From a virus (lineage: Duplodnaviria > Caudoviricetes), in IMG/VR virus record IMGVR_UViG_3300021255_000122, positions 1-64,000 of that record: 64,000 nucleotides of DNA; one strand, 5' to 3'. Under the pieces are notes generated by a model. The model worked only from the letters and a program-made list of their open reading frames with translations. It searched no databases and had not been told where the DNA came from. Below, piece by piece: positions 52,633 to 61,589 of this stretch (position 1 is its first letter; every line of letters starts with the position of its first letter). The position numbers were made by a program, and so were the translations under genes.

Positions 52633-55600
52633 ATGGAAAACTTAAATAATGTACCAAGTAGCGGAACTTTCGGTGGTTCTATAAACCAAGTCAATCAGAA
52701 CTTCGGTTTGGTTAAAGTGGCGATAGACGGATTAGAAGGCAGGACAATCCGTTCAAAGGGGCTGTTTCCCACACAAGCTGCGTTAGTAGCCGCATATCCA
52801 TCCCCAATAGTCGGCGATTATGCTTACGTCGGTAGCGGACTACCTGCCGAAATCTATGATTGTGTAACCGCTGGTACATGGCATGACACGGGGCAAACTG
52901 GAGGTAGCGAGACGATAAACCTTGGCGACTATTCAACGACAACACAAATGAACGCTGCCATTGATAGCGGACTACAAGGGCAAGTTGGTTATGCGGTTTG
53001 TAGTACCGCTGGTGGAACGGCGAGAAAAGATGTCGTTGTTAGTGGTTTCAAGTTACTTGCGAATGGCGGTGCATTGCACATAAAGATGACAACGGCCAAC
53101 ACTAACGCAAGTGCAACGATGAACATAAGTCCAACGTCAACCGTTATAGCAGCAAACACAAAACCGCTTTTCTACAACGGTGCACAAGCAAGTTCCGAAA
53201 ACACATGGGGCGCAAATGAAATCATTTCCGTTTATTATGACGGAACTAATTATCAAGCAACGAATAGCCAAGGAGGGGGTGGCAAGGCCGAGAGAATAAA
53301 GTATGACAATTCACAAAGTGGGCTTGCTGCTGAGAATGTTCAGGGGGCTTTGGATGAGTTAGGGCAGAGGGCTGTTATCATTAATAGTGATAATATAATT
53401 GGTAATTATACAGATAAGCTCGGCTATATAACTCCAGATTTAAAGTGGCTTTCTAACAACAAAAAGAGGAAACATAGGGCAATCCCAGTTGCAGGTGCAG
53501 ATTATGTGAAGATTACGGCAAAGAGTGACCACAGGTCATCAATAACATTCGCAACATCTAATTATGTGACACCTACTACTTCCAGTTCAGGAAGTAATGT
53601 TCCTGTTTGTGCTGGTGCAGAATTATATTATATTGATACAGCAGAAACGAAGATATTTCGTATTCCTTCTGATTGTGCTTACGTTCTTGTTAATATCACT
53701 TCCGATAATTCCACTTTTCTTACACCGACTTCTATATATTTTGGTGTTGATATTAATAAGGTTGTAACAACGAAAATCACTAATAAGATTCCGTTTGCTA
53801 CCTTTGAGCACCTTGCACTTAGAATAACTAATAACCAAGAAATCGCAATTCAATCAAGGAATGTAACTGATTATATAGATATAAGTACCATGTCAAATAT
53901 AATCTATACTCGCGCACATTCTGATGGTGCAGGAGGAAATTATGGTATGTTATTCTACGATGAAGATAAAGAGCCTATAGCTGATTCTGGCTACAGGGAG
54001 TTTACAAATTATCCTAAAGATGGATATTCGATAGAAAAGATTCCTGTTCCTGAAGGCGCTGTATATGCAAGGTTTACCTATTGGAATAATGAAAAATTTG
54101 GCAAGTTCTTCGTTGCTGATGGGGATGCAGATGCAGAGGCGATTGCCTTGTGGAAAAGTATCAATAATTCAAGAATGCTATATGGCTATGAGGCTGGTAT
54201 ATATAGGCAAGCTAATGGAACAGAAGATAATGGCCTCCAACTAAATCCTTTGTATGGATTAAGTGTTCCTATTCCTGTATCAAAAGGTGATACTGTATTA
54301 TGGCACTATGGTGATGTAGAAATTAGGACAATGGCAATGGAGATTATTTCTGAAAATAATACTGACCTTGGTTCTTATAAAAACACAGAAGCTAATGAAA
54401 GGTTGTTTACTGATTTTTTTCCTTCCTCTCAGTATAGTAATTTCTTTATAAGAGTAAGTCTACTGATAGCCAATGGCAGCGATAATTATATTGAAGTCAA
54501 TGGCGAAAGGGTATGGACAGCATTTAATGAAAGCCTTGGAAATAAATTCAACAAGATAGATAAGGTGGTGAATCCTTATACGGATTTATCTTTCTACAAT
54601 AAATCTATTAGCACCACTACGGGCGGTGAAGCGAAAACAACCAAAAGACTTTCTACGTCATATATTGTACATAGGGGAAGATATATATTAAGCGTAGCTG
54701 ATGGATACTTAATCCATTCTGTTAATTATTATGATGAAAATAAAACATGGTATAAGGGTATCTTTGCCCCAGCGCAGACAGTCATAACGGAACAGCAAGA
54801 TATTGAAGGTTATATTAAAATAGTTGTTACTAATCAGGACAATACTACAGATATCGCACTTGATGCCCCTATAAACCTGACTTTTAATACATATTCAGGC
54901 GGTAGTTTGGAAGAGTTTGACGATGCTTTGCGTATAGGTACATTCAATAGTTCTTATAACAATACAGATGTAGAGGCGGTTAGAAATAAATACTGCGGAT
55001 TAATCAAGGGTAAGAGCAAGATAGAGAATTTCCTTTTCTTTACAGACCCACATCTTACGCCAAATAGCAGATATGAGGAAATGACGGAAGCCATCAGAGA
55101 TAGATTTATATCTACTCTACAAAAATACTATAATTCATTACCTATGGATTTCTGTATTTGTGGAGGAGATTGGCTCAACTTTAACCATCCTAATAATACG
55201 GACTGTGAATGGTTAGGATATTGTGATGCCTATATGCGTAAGTTGTTTAGGAACTATTATCCAGTGTTTGGAAACCACGATAACAATCCATACACTCCGA
55301 GTAACACGGAAAGTAACTGGTTGAATGCTCTAACCTATCCAACGGTTATGAATCTCATGTTCCGCGAGAATGGAAGAACATACTATTCATTTGAGGGATT
55401 GAACACCAAATTCTATGTAATGAATAGCGGTGTCTCATTCATCAAGGGGATGACAAATAGCACATATTCAAGACTTGTCAGTAACCGATGGGCACAGATT
55501 GAATGGTTAGGCAATGCTCTTCTTCAAGATGATGCAGATAATAGTGTAATTGTAATGCACATTTATTCCAACGCATCTAATCCTGTGAACTGGTTCTCAG

Positions 55601-56151
55601 AAGAAACAGGATATAGAGCATACGGAATCCACGATTTAGGTAAGAATGTGAAATTGTTAGTGACTGCCTACAATAACAGGCAATCAATAACACTAAATGG
55701 CATTACATATAACTTTGCGAATTGCAATGGAAGGGTGATGTTTATTCATTGCGGACATACACACTTTGATTATGTAGACACAACAGGGGAAATTCCAATT
55801 ATTAGTACAACAAACTTAGAAGGTGGACACTTGGTAAATGGAGAAGTTGTGTATGACCTTGTACCAACCTTTGATTGTTGTATGAACGATTTGGACAACT
55901 CCGCTTTGTATATGACAAGAGTCGGTGCTGGAGTAAGCAGAATAGTTAATTACAGTCACAAGGCTGTTTCTGTTGGTGGAAGCATTTCTCTTACTTGTAA
56001 ATTGAGCGGCACTATAACATGGCAGACAAGAAACAGCAATATTGCCACTGTATCTAATGGGACTGTGGCTGGTGTTGCTTCTGGTTGTGTGGGCATTATT
56101 GCCACCAATGAAAACGGTGAGGAAGAATATTCGATTGTTAAAGTTGGGTGA
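52633..56151 (+). CDS. tail fibre/receptor-binding protein with calcineurin-like metallophosphoesterase domain and C-terminal Ig-like (Big_2) domain
   Basis: Fibre N-terminus and YDNSQSGLAAENVQGALDEL linker; FTDPH, GGDW, GNHD, VMH, GHTH; C-terminal TWQTRNSNIATVSNGTV. Confidence 0.8.
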   Translation: MENLNNVPSSGTFGGSINQVNQNFGLVKVAIDGLEGRTIRSKGLFPTQAALVAAYPSPIVGDYAYVGSGLPAEIYDCVTAGTWHDTGQTGGSETINLGDYSTTTQMNAAIDSGLQGQVGYAVCSTAGGTARKDVVVSGFKLLANGGALHIKMTTANTNASATMNISPTSTVIAANTKPLFYNGAQASSENTWGANEIISVYYDGTNYQATNSQGGGGKAERIKYDNSQSGLAAENVQGALDELGQRAVIINSDNIIGNYTDKLGYITPDLKWLSNNKKRKHRAIPVAGADYVKITAKSDHRSSITFATSNYVTPTTSSSGSNVPVCAGAELYYIDTAETKIFRIPSDCAYVLVNITSDNSTFLTPTSIYFGVDINKVVTTKITNKIPFATFEHLALRITNNQEIAIQSRNVTDYIDISTMSNIIYTRAHSDGAGGNYGMLFYDEDKEPIADSGYREFTNYPKDGYSIEKIPVPEGAVYARFTYWNNEKFGKFFVADGDADAEAIALWKSINNSRMLYGYEAGIYRQANGTEDNGLQLNPLYGLSVPIPVSKGDTVLWHYGDVEIRTMAMEIISENNTDLGSYKNTEANERLFTDFFPSSQYSNFFIRVSLLIANGSDNYIEVNGERVWTAFNESLGNKFNKIDKVVNPYTDLSFYNKSISTTTGGEAKTTKRLSTSYIVHRGRYILSVADGYLIHSVNYYDENKTWYKGIFAPAQTVITEQQDIEGYIKIVVTNQDNTTDIALDAPINLTFNTYSGGSLEEFDDALRIGTFNSSYNNTDVEAVRNKYCGLIKGKSKIENFLFFTDPHLTPNSRYEEMTEAIRDRFISTLQKYYNSLPMDFCICGGDWLNFNHPNNTDCEWLGYCDAYMRKLFRNYYPVFGNHDNNPYTPSNTESNWLNALTYPTVMNLMFRENGRTYYSFEGLNTKFYVMNSGVSFIKGMTNSTYSRLVSNRWAQIEWLGNALLQDDADNSVIVMHIYSNASNPVNWFSEETGYRAYGIHDLGKNVKLLVTAYNNRQSITLNGITYNFANCNGRVMFIHCGHTHFDYVDTTGEIPIISTTNLEGGHLVNGEVVYDLVPTFDCCMNDLDNSALYMTRVGAGVSRIVNYSHKAVSVGGSISLTCKLSGTITWQTRNSNIATVSNGTVAGVASGCVGIIATNENGEEEYSIVKVG

Positions 56152-56232
56152 AAATAATGGACAACAGAATATTGACATTAATGATATGTGGCGGCATCAT
56201 GCTGCTGATGTAAAAAAACAATTCTTTATCGC

Positions 56233-56270
56233 AAAAAGCCTTTGTAACTTAATGATTACAAAGGTTTTTT
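56233..56270 (+). terminator. intrinsic terminator after the tail fibre gene
   Basis: aaaaagcctttgtaa/ttacaaaggtttttt. Confidence 0.8.
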
Positions 56271-56322
56271 CTTTTTGTAATGGACTTAAAAAAGTCCAAC
56301 ATTGTTCTTTCTTGTTTTGGGA

Positions 56323-56330
56323 TATCTTTG
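56323..56330 (+). promoter_or_regulatory. -7 element TATCTTTG for the 56.4-58.6 kb cassette
   Basis: Consensus match between the terminator and the first gene. Confidence 0.75.
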
Positions 56331-56391
56331 CACCGTAATCGGTTACACAACGTGAACTTAAATTCAATAACAACAAAACAAGAAAAAAATT

Positions 56392-57372
56392 ATGGCAGCA
56401 GAAATTTATCAACTTCCAGAAGGAAACGGCAATGGTGGCAATGCAACCATTCCTTTCTCTATTCCTATTGGCTTTGGCGGTTATGGGAACGGCGGTATGT
56501 TCGGAAACGGCAACGGCTTTAATTCAATCGCAGACCTTTTCGGCTTGGCAATTATCGCTTCAATGTTCGGTTGGGGCGGCAATGGCTTTGGCGGCGGTTT
56601 CGGCGGTTGGGGCGGCAACGGTGGCGCAGGTTTCATCAGCAATCAGTTGAACAACGATAGCGGACGTGAACTTTTGATGAATGCCATCACGAACCAAGGC
56701 GAAGCATCGAGAACCGCAATACAGACACTTAGCACGATGCTCGGACAGGACTTCAATCTTGTCAACGCGGGCATCCAGTCGGCGCAAAACACCCTTAACC
56801 AAATTGCCAACGCACAAGGAATGTCAACCTTGCAGATGATTAACGCCGTACAATCGGGCGACGCGAACCTTGCAAGCACAATCCAAAAGTGTTGCTGCGA
56901 CCAATCACTTGCAACTTGCCAGCAAACGAACACTTTACAGAATGCGATTAATGGCGTAAACCAAAGCGTTCTTAACAAAGCGGCTTCAGACCAACTTGCA
57001 ATGTGTCAGCAGACCTATGCTTTGACCGATACAATGAACCGCAACTATCTTGCTCTTGACAACAAGATTGACGCGCTTGAATCAAGTCGTAAAGACCGTG
57101 AAATCACAAGCCTTACCGCTCAAGTGGCTAAGTTGGAATCGCAGAACTTCACGGCTGGTATCGTTCAGCAAGCCGTTGCACCACTTAACGCTCAATTGAA
57201 CAATCTTGCAAACGAGGTGGACGATATTAAGTGCAAACTTCCCGAAACTGTAAACGTTCAGTGGCCTAATCTTGTGGCCGTCAATGCAAGCCCCTACGTT
57301 AGTGGTGGTTTCTACGGACAGCCTTGGGGTGGTTTCTATGGCAATGGGTTTGGTAACAACATAACGTTCTAA
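56392..57372 (+). CDS. Gly/Asn/Phe-rich protein with hydrophobic segment, CCC motif and coiled coil (function unknown)
   Basis: GGNGFGGGFGGWGG; IADLFGLAIIASMFGW; KCCCD; LDNKIDALES..KDREITSL. Confidence 0.85.
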   Translation: MAAEIYQLPEGNGNGGNATIPFSIPIGFGGYGNGGMFGNGNGFNSIADLFGLAIIASMFGWGGNGFGGGFGGWGGNGGAGFISNQLNNDSGRELLMNAITNQGEASRTAIQTLSTMLGQDFNLVNAGIQSAQNTLNQIANAQGMSTLQMINAVQSGDANLASTIQKCCCDQSLATCQQTNTLQNAINGVNQSVLNKAASDQLAMCQQTYALTDTMNRNYLALDNKIDALESSRKDREITSLTAQVAKLESQNFTAGIVQQAVAPLNAQLNNLANEVDDIKCKLPETVNVQWPNLVAVNASPYVSGGFYGQPWGGFYGNGFGNNITF

Positions 57373-57398
57373 CAATTAGCGGATAGGAGGTAAAAAGC

Positions 57399-57734
57399 AT
57401 GAGTTGTTTTGGTAATATTACGACAAACGCAGGAGGTATTCCGCTTTTGATTTCAACAACTACAACCGTAGGAACGGAAAGCATTGACATTGCTTTGGGT
57501 TTCCGTCGTATTCAGCCGTTAGGATATTTCACCGTTCGTATTTCGGATGTTATTCCCACGGATGCAACCACAACGTTACCCGTGACTTTGACTTTGAACG
57601 GCACAACACGCGCCCTTACGTTACCTAACGGCACACCCGTAACCGCAGCCGAATTGCTTTCGACGAACGTTATCTTGGTGTTCAACGATAGGTTTAATGG
57701 CACGCTTGCGCTAATGTCAAGAACGGTATTGTAG
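57399..57734 (+). CDS. small Thr-rich all-beta protein (function unknown)
   Basis: ORF in cassette. Confidence 0.8.
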   Translation: MSCFGNITTNAGGIPLLISTTTTVGTESIDIALGFRRIQPLGYFTVRISDVIPTDATTTLPVTLTLNGTTRALTLPNGTPVTAAELLSTNVILVFNDRFNGTLALMSRTVL

Positions 57735-57770
57735 TTTTTAGTGTTTAACAACAAAAAGTAAATAACAATT

Positions 57771-58292
57771 ATGGATTTTTCAAGTTTAGGTAACGGTAAT
57801 CCGTTTTACATTCTTCGTCAAGGAGAAAAGCCGGTATTAGAGGTTGGAACGGTTAAGGCAAAGACACAACCACACGTAAAGTTTCCCACCCAAACGCCTA
57901 ATCTAATGGCAGGTTTGCAAACGCAACAAGTTATTGATATAACCGCTACGATTAACGGAAAGGATGAAACATTTAACGACATTCCCGTAGGTGTGGAAAT
58001 CGCCCAAAAAGGTAATAGCACGTTTAGTGGTAGCCGTGAGGCAATGTTACAAGCGGTGGATAATATGTTGCAAACGTCTAAAAAGGCTTTGGAACAAATT
58101 CCATTGCACAAAAATGTAATTGCCGAATCGGAAAAAATGCTTGAAGTCTTGAATCCACGTTATGCGGAGGAAAAGAAACAGGCACGCACTATTACAGACC
58201 TTGAACGTCGACAGTCAGAGACCGACAAGAAACTTGACACAATCCTTGGAATCTTGAAGAAGTTGGATTCTCCTTCGCCGAACAATGTTTAA
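57771..58292 (+). CDS. hypothetical protein (beta N-terminus, helical C-terminus)
   Basis: ORF in cassette. Confidence 0.8.
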   Translation: MDFSSLGNGNPFYILRQGEKPVLEVGTVKAKTQPHVKFPTQTPNLMAGLQTQQVIDITATINGKDETFNDIPVGVEIAQKGNSTFSGSREAMLQAVDNMLQTSKKALEQIPLHKNVIAESEKMLEVLNPRYAEEKKQARTITDLERRQSETDKKLDTILGILKKLDSPSPNNV

Positions 58293-58313
58293 TCCATATA
58301 AAAACGAAAGAAT

Positions 58314-58550
58314 ATGAGTTACGTAATAATTAATCGGGATGAAGACGACATGATGGGCTTACGTTCACAAATGCGTAGGAACTATCATGGTGGTGAATAT
58401 CGCAACTATGGCGGTTCAAGTGCTATGATGCGCAATGACGGTAGTATGCGTGACCACTATTACAAGATGGGTTATCGGCACGCTATGGAAGATATGGAAG
58501 ATGATGAACAGTATCGCCGCCAGCGTGATAGCCGTGGCCGTTACGTCTAA
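58314..58550 (+). CDS. small low-complexity R/Y/M/D-rich protein ending RRQRDSRGRYV
   Basis: ORF in cassette, followed by a terminator. Confidence 0.75.
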   Translation: MSYVIINRDEDDMMGLRSQMRRNYHGGEYRNYGGSSAMMRNDGSMRDHYYKMGYRHAMEDMEDDEQYRRQRDSRGRYV

Positions 58551-58558
58551 AAAATTAT

Positions 58559-58590
58559 AGGGGGAGGGTGTTTCGCCCTTTCCCTTTTTT
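58559..58590 (+). terminator. intrinsic terminator
   Basis: aggggagggtg-tttc-gccctttccc plus T-run. Confidence 0.75.
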
Positions 58591-58621
58591 CAATAACAAT
58601 AAAATAAAAAGGAAAGGAACA

Positions 58622-59029
58622 ATGATGGAATATTACGTTTATAAAAGTGAGGAAGAAGAAATATACAATAGCAAATACCATTGTCATTTCAACAAAAGAC
58701 TTGCGGAATGGGCAATAGAAAACATGCGCAAGGAAAACCCCACGAACGGAATGCTTGAACCAATCAAGAAAAAAACAATTGAGGAATTTGACGAGTTCTT
58801 GAAAGAAAACAAATTAAGCATTCAAGATGAATCGTATTACGATGCCTACTATCTTTTGCACATGACTTTTGCCGATTATGCAAAATCCTTAGAGGATGAT
58901 AAGCATCGTGCGGCATATATTGAGGAAACCATTTGCGACCCCGATTGTGAACCCACAGCCGTTCTTGCTTGTTTCAAGGCAAAAATGGATTTGATGGGTA
59001 AGCCTATCTTTTGGGAGAAATTTTTCTAA
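58622..59029 (+). CDS. conserved-looking helical hypothetical protein
   Basis: DAYYLLHMTFADY...ICDPD..CFKAKM..PIFWE; start MMEYY. Confidence 0.75.
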   Translation: MMEYYVYKSEEEEIYNSKYHCHFNKRLAEWAIENMRKENPTNGMLEPIKKKTIEEFDEFLKENKLSIQDESYYDAYYLLHMTFADYAKSLEDDKHRAAYIEETICDPDCEPTAVLACFKAKMDLMGKPIFWEKFF

Positions 59030-59040
59030 TATCATGGCCT

Positions 59041-59427
59041 ATGGAAACAACGTATATTGACGTAGATAACAAGTGGGGTATAGTTGTCGTATATGATTAC
59101 GATGTTGATTACGAAGCAAATGACCTTTTGGCTATCATGCGTAGTTTTGGTATGACAAGAAAAAACGCCAATCGTGCGCTAAACATTTTGTCTAACTACA
59201 ACACGGGTATGTCCATTTCGAACGACGATTTGCGTATGAGTGCCATCTTCATAAGCAAGGCAACAAACAATAGCGAGTTTTGGTCAACGGCGATACACGA
59301 ACTAAAACATACCGCTGATGCAATTATAACGTATTACGGTGTGGATTGGGACGGAGAAGATGCTGCATACCTTACTGGCTATCTCACAAAAGAAATGGTG
59401 GAAGAAATTGGAGAACCATGTTATTAA
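59041..59427 (+). CDS. putative zincin-like metallopeptidase
   Basis: AIHELKH (HExxH) with downstream GEDAAYL. Confidence 0.6.
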   Translation: METTYIDVDNKWGIVVVYDYDVDYEANDLLAIMRSFGMTRKNANRALNILSNYNTGMSISNDDLRMSAIFISKATNNSEFWSTAIHELKHTADAIITYYGVDWDGEDAAYLTGYLTKEMVEEIGEPCY

Positions 59428-59447
59428 TCACATAAACAAACAAAAAA

Positions 59448-59819
59448 ATGGAAAAAGAAAAATTAATGGTCGAATACAAGGTTACGCTTGAAAGCCTTGT
59501 CGAGAAAACAAAGTTCGTTTATAGCGAGGAATTTTACAAGTTAGACGAATTTGAAAAACAAAAGTTCACTAAAGACAAGATGGCAACCGAGGGGCATTTA
59601 AGCACTTTGTGTAACTTGCTTTGGGGTGAAAAGGTGCAATTTGGTGGTGGCGTTACCGATATGTTTGCACTTGGTATTATAAGTTCTATGTTTGGGTATA
59701 ATGGGCTTTGGGGTGGCAACACGTCAAGTACCGACTACCTAAAGAAAGCACTTGATGATGAAAAGGAAAAGCAAGATGAGGTTTACGTAGTGCCAACGAA
59801 CGAAAATAAAGCCGTGTAA
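59448..59819 (+). CDS. hypothetical protein
   Basis: ORF; its stop codon lies inside palindrome copy 7. Confidence 0.7.
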   Translation: MEKEKLMVEYKVTLESLVEKTKFVYSEEFYKLDEFEKQKFTKDKMATEGHLSTLCNLLWGEKVQFGGGVTDMFALGIISSMFGYNGLWGGNTSSTDYLKKALDDEKEKQDEVYVVPTNENKAV

Positions 59820-59884
59820 GCGCGTTTTATTTCTTTTGTGGTAACTTGTACGTTAGGGTACATAAAAAGCCGTTACAACGCACG
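59812..59884. repeat. dispersed palindrome, copy 7
   Basis: gtgtaagcgcgtttt...ttgtggtaacttgtac...aaagccgttacaacgcacg. Confidence 0.8.
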
Positions 59885-59909
59885 AAAATAGCGTTAGCGG
59901 CTTTTAATA

Positions 59910-60116
59910 TTATTCTATTCCTTTTTGCTTTTTGATGAAATGCCACAAATACCCCATTTCTTGCGTGTATTTTGTGCCATCAAACAAAGGATAGTTTATG
60001 TCTTTGCCAAACTTTGCCATAAGGTGAATCGCTTTGATAAATCCCTCGTAGGAATCTATTTTCTTTTGCATCTTGGCGATTTCCTTAATTTCATTGTTGT
60101 TTAATTTTGTTTCCAT
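59910..60116 (-). CDS. hypothetical protein
   Basis: ORF in packed operon. Confidence 0.6.
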   Translation of the reverse strand: METKLNNNEIKEIAKMQKKIDSYEGFIKAIHLMAKFGKDINYPLFDGTKYTQEMGYLWHFIKKQKGIE

Positions 60117-60124
60117 AATTGTTG

Positions 60125-60313
60125 TTATTCGCTAATTAAACCTTGTTCGTCAAGAAATTCTTGCAAATCCATATCCAACGTATTTTGCAAATGGATTTTT
60201 ACTTCTTGTGCCTCGCCACAAGTTAGATTTGCAAATTCTTTCATCATACATTCCGATGCAATAAAATTGTGCGCAAAGTCTGTACAAAACTTTCGTATAT
60301 CTTTTCTTTCCAT
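60125..60313 (-). CDS. hypothetical protein
   Basis: ORF in packed operon. Confidence 0.6.
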   Translation of the reverse strand: MERKDIRKFCTDFAHNFIASECMMKEFANLTCGEAQEVKIHLQNTLDMDLQEFLDEQGLISE

Positions 60314-60318
60314 AATAA

Positions 60319-60939
60319 TTAAAGTTTAGACGGTTGCGGATAAAACCGATTTTCGTTTTCTGCCCATTGGTACACTTGATGACAATGTGGGCATATAGAA
60401 TCAATACCTGCATACGCATCAAACTCTTTGTTGCAATTAACGCATAGGGCATTAAACTTTGGGTGTACCGTTATGAAATGTTTTTGGAACGTGTCGCCAC
60501 TATCAAGCGCACCTTGTTCGTACATCGTCTTGATAAGCGAAAGAATATCCTTTACGCTTGCATCATCAAGTTCTTGCGAACGATTGTGCAATAGGTTTGC
60601 CAATAGTTGTTGTACCTCCGACCCCGTGAACTTGTAGTTTTCCAACGTACTTGCGCTTGCTTGAACGTCTTGTTGGTAACTTTCTTTTAGCAAGTCAAAT
60701 AAGTGTTGGCATTCTTGTTGTTGCAACATTACGTCAGCATCGCGGTTAATCTTTGCAAGGTATTCGCTTTCATCTTCACTACTTGTTTCACGCAAGAACT
60801 TTTCCCTATCGTATATCATTCCATACGCAACCGCTTTTTCCTCGCCCAATACAACTTGTGCGACAAATAAATATTGGTTGATGTCAAACGTTACGCCGCG
60901 TGTAAACAACACGTTTTTTGTATCAAGATAGTTTAGCAT
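60319..60939 (-). CDS. helical protein with C-terminal Zn ribbon (CVNC...CPHC)
   Basis: 206-aa ORF with two CxxC pairs. Confidence 0.7.
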   Translation of the reverse strand: MLNYLDTKNVLFTRGVTFDINQYLFVAQVVLGEEKAVAYGMIYDREKFLRETSSEDESEYLAKINRDADVMLQQQECQHLFDLLKESYQQDVQASASTLENYKFTGSEVQQLLANLLHNRSQELDDASVKDILSLIKTMYEQGALDSGDTFQKHFITVHPKFNALCVNCNKEFDAYAGIDSICPHCHQVYQWAENENRFYPQPSKL

Positions 60940-61127
60940 AGTTCTCTTGCGTCTATTATTTCTCCAGTTTCAATCACATATCCTTGTACGCCGCATCGCG
61001 GACATTCAAGGTCTTTAAGTAGTGTTGCCATAGGTCTTACGGCAATCCACCGCTTTAGACACCCAAGGCAAACGACCTCAGATGTCTTGTGCGGAATGTT
61101 TTCTTCTATGTAGTGTATCTCACTCAT
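60933..61127 (-). CDS. small Zn-finger protein (CLGC...CPRC)
   Basis: Two CxxC pairs; start MSEIHY. Confidence 0.6.
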   Translation of the reverse strand: MSEIHYIEENIPHKTSEVVCLGCLKRWIAVRPMATLLKDLECPRCGVQGYVIETGEIIDARELC

Positions 61128-61365
61128 TGGTAGTAAACAATTCTTGTTTATCAACAGTCAAAAGTGTTGGCTGTAAAGGCTTGTTAAAAGTAAGCATCGA
61201 GTGCCATACTTTTCTTGTAAACACTAACTTGATTACCTCCTTCCAAGATAATTCCCAACAAGTTACCACAGTGCCATCATCAAATTTTAGTGCAGGCAAT
61301 GGCATGTACTCTGGTTGGTCTTTTCCGTAGACCACGTTCTGTTCTTTAAATTCTATTGGTTTCAT
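61120..61365 (-). CDS. hypothetical phage protein (MKPIEFKEQNVVYGKDQPEYMPLP)
   Basis: ORF in packed operon. Confidence 0.7.
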   Translation of the reverse strand: MKPIEFKEQNVVYGKDQPEYMPLPALKFDDGTVVTCWELSWKEVIKLVFTRKVWHSMLTFNKPLQPTLLTVDKQELFTTNE

Positions 61366-61586
61366 ATCTCATCATCCCACAAAATATAATCTTTGTATTT
61401 TATTTCCATAGTGCAACATTCATTCTTGCAAGCAAGACACAAGACTTTGTCGCCATCTGAATTTGAGCCAACATAGTTGTCATCAGCCCACATAGTTTCA
61501 CCACAAATAGGACATTTTATGTCTTTATTGTAAAAATGATGGTGGTGTCTTGTTATAAACTCAATTAACTTCGTGAAAGGTCTCAT
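61362..61586 (-). CDS. small Zn-finger protein (CPIC...CLAC)
   Basis: Two CxxC pairs. Confidence 0.6.
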   Translation of the reverse strand: MRPFTKLIEFITRHHHHFYNKDIKCPICGETMWADDNYVGSNSDGDKVLCLACKNECCTMEIKYKDYILWDDEI

Positions 61587-61589
61587 ATC

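Noticed and set aside
47770-56151. Diversity-generating retroelement targeting the tail fibre
   Set aside because: No reverse transcriptase (YxDD) ORF and no template/variable repeat pair differing at adenines was seen in the window.
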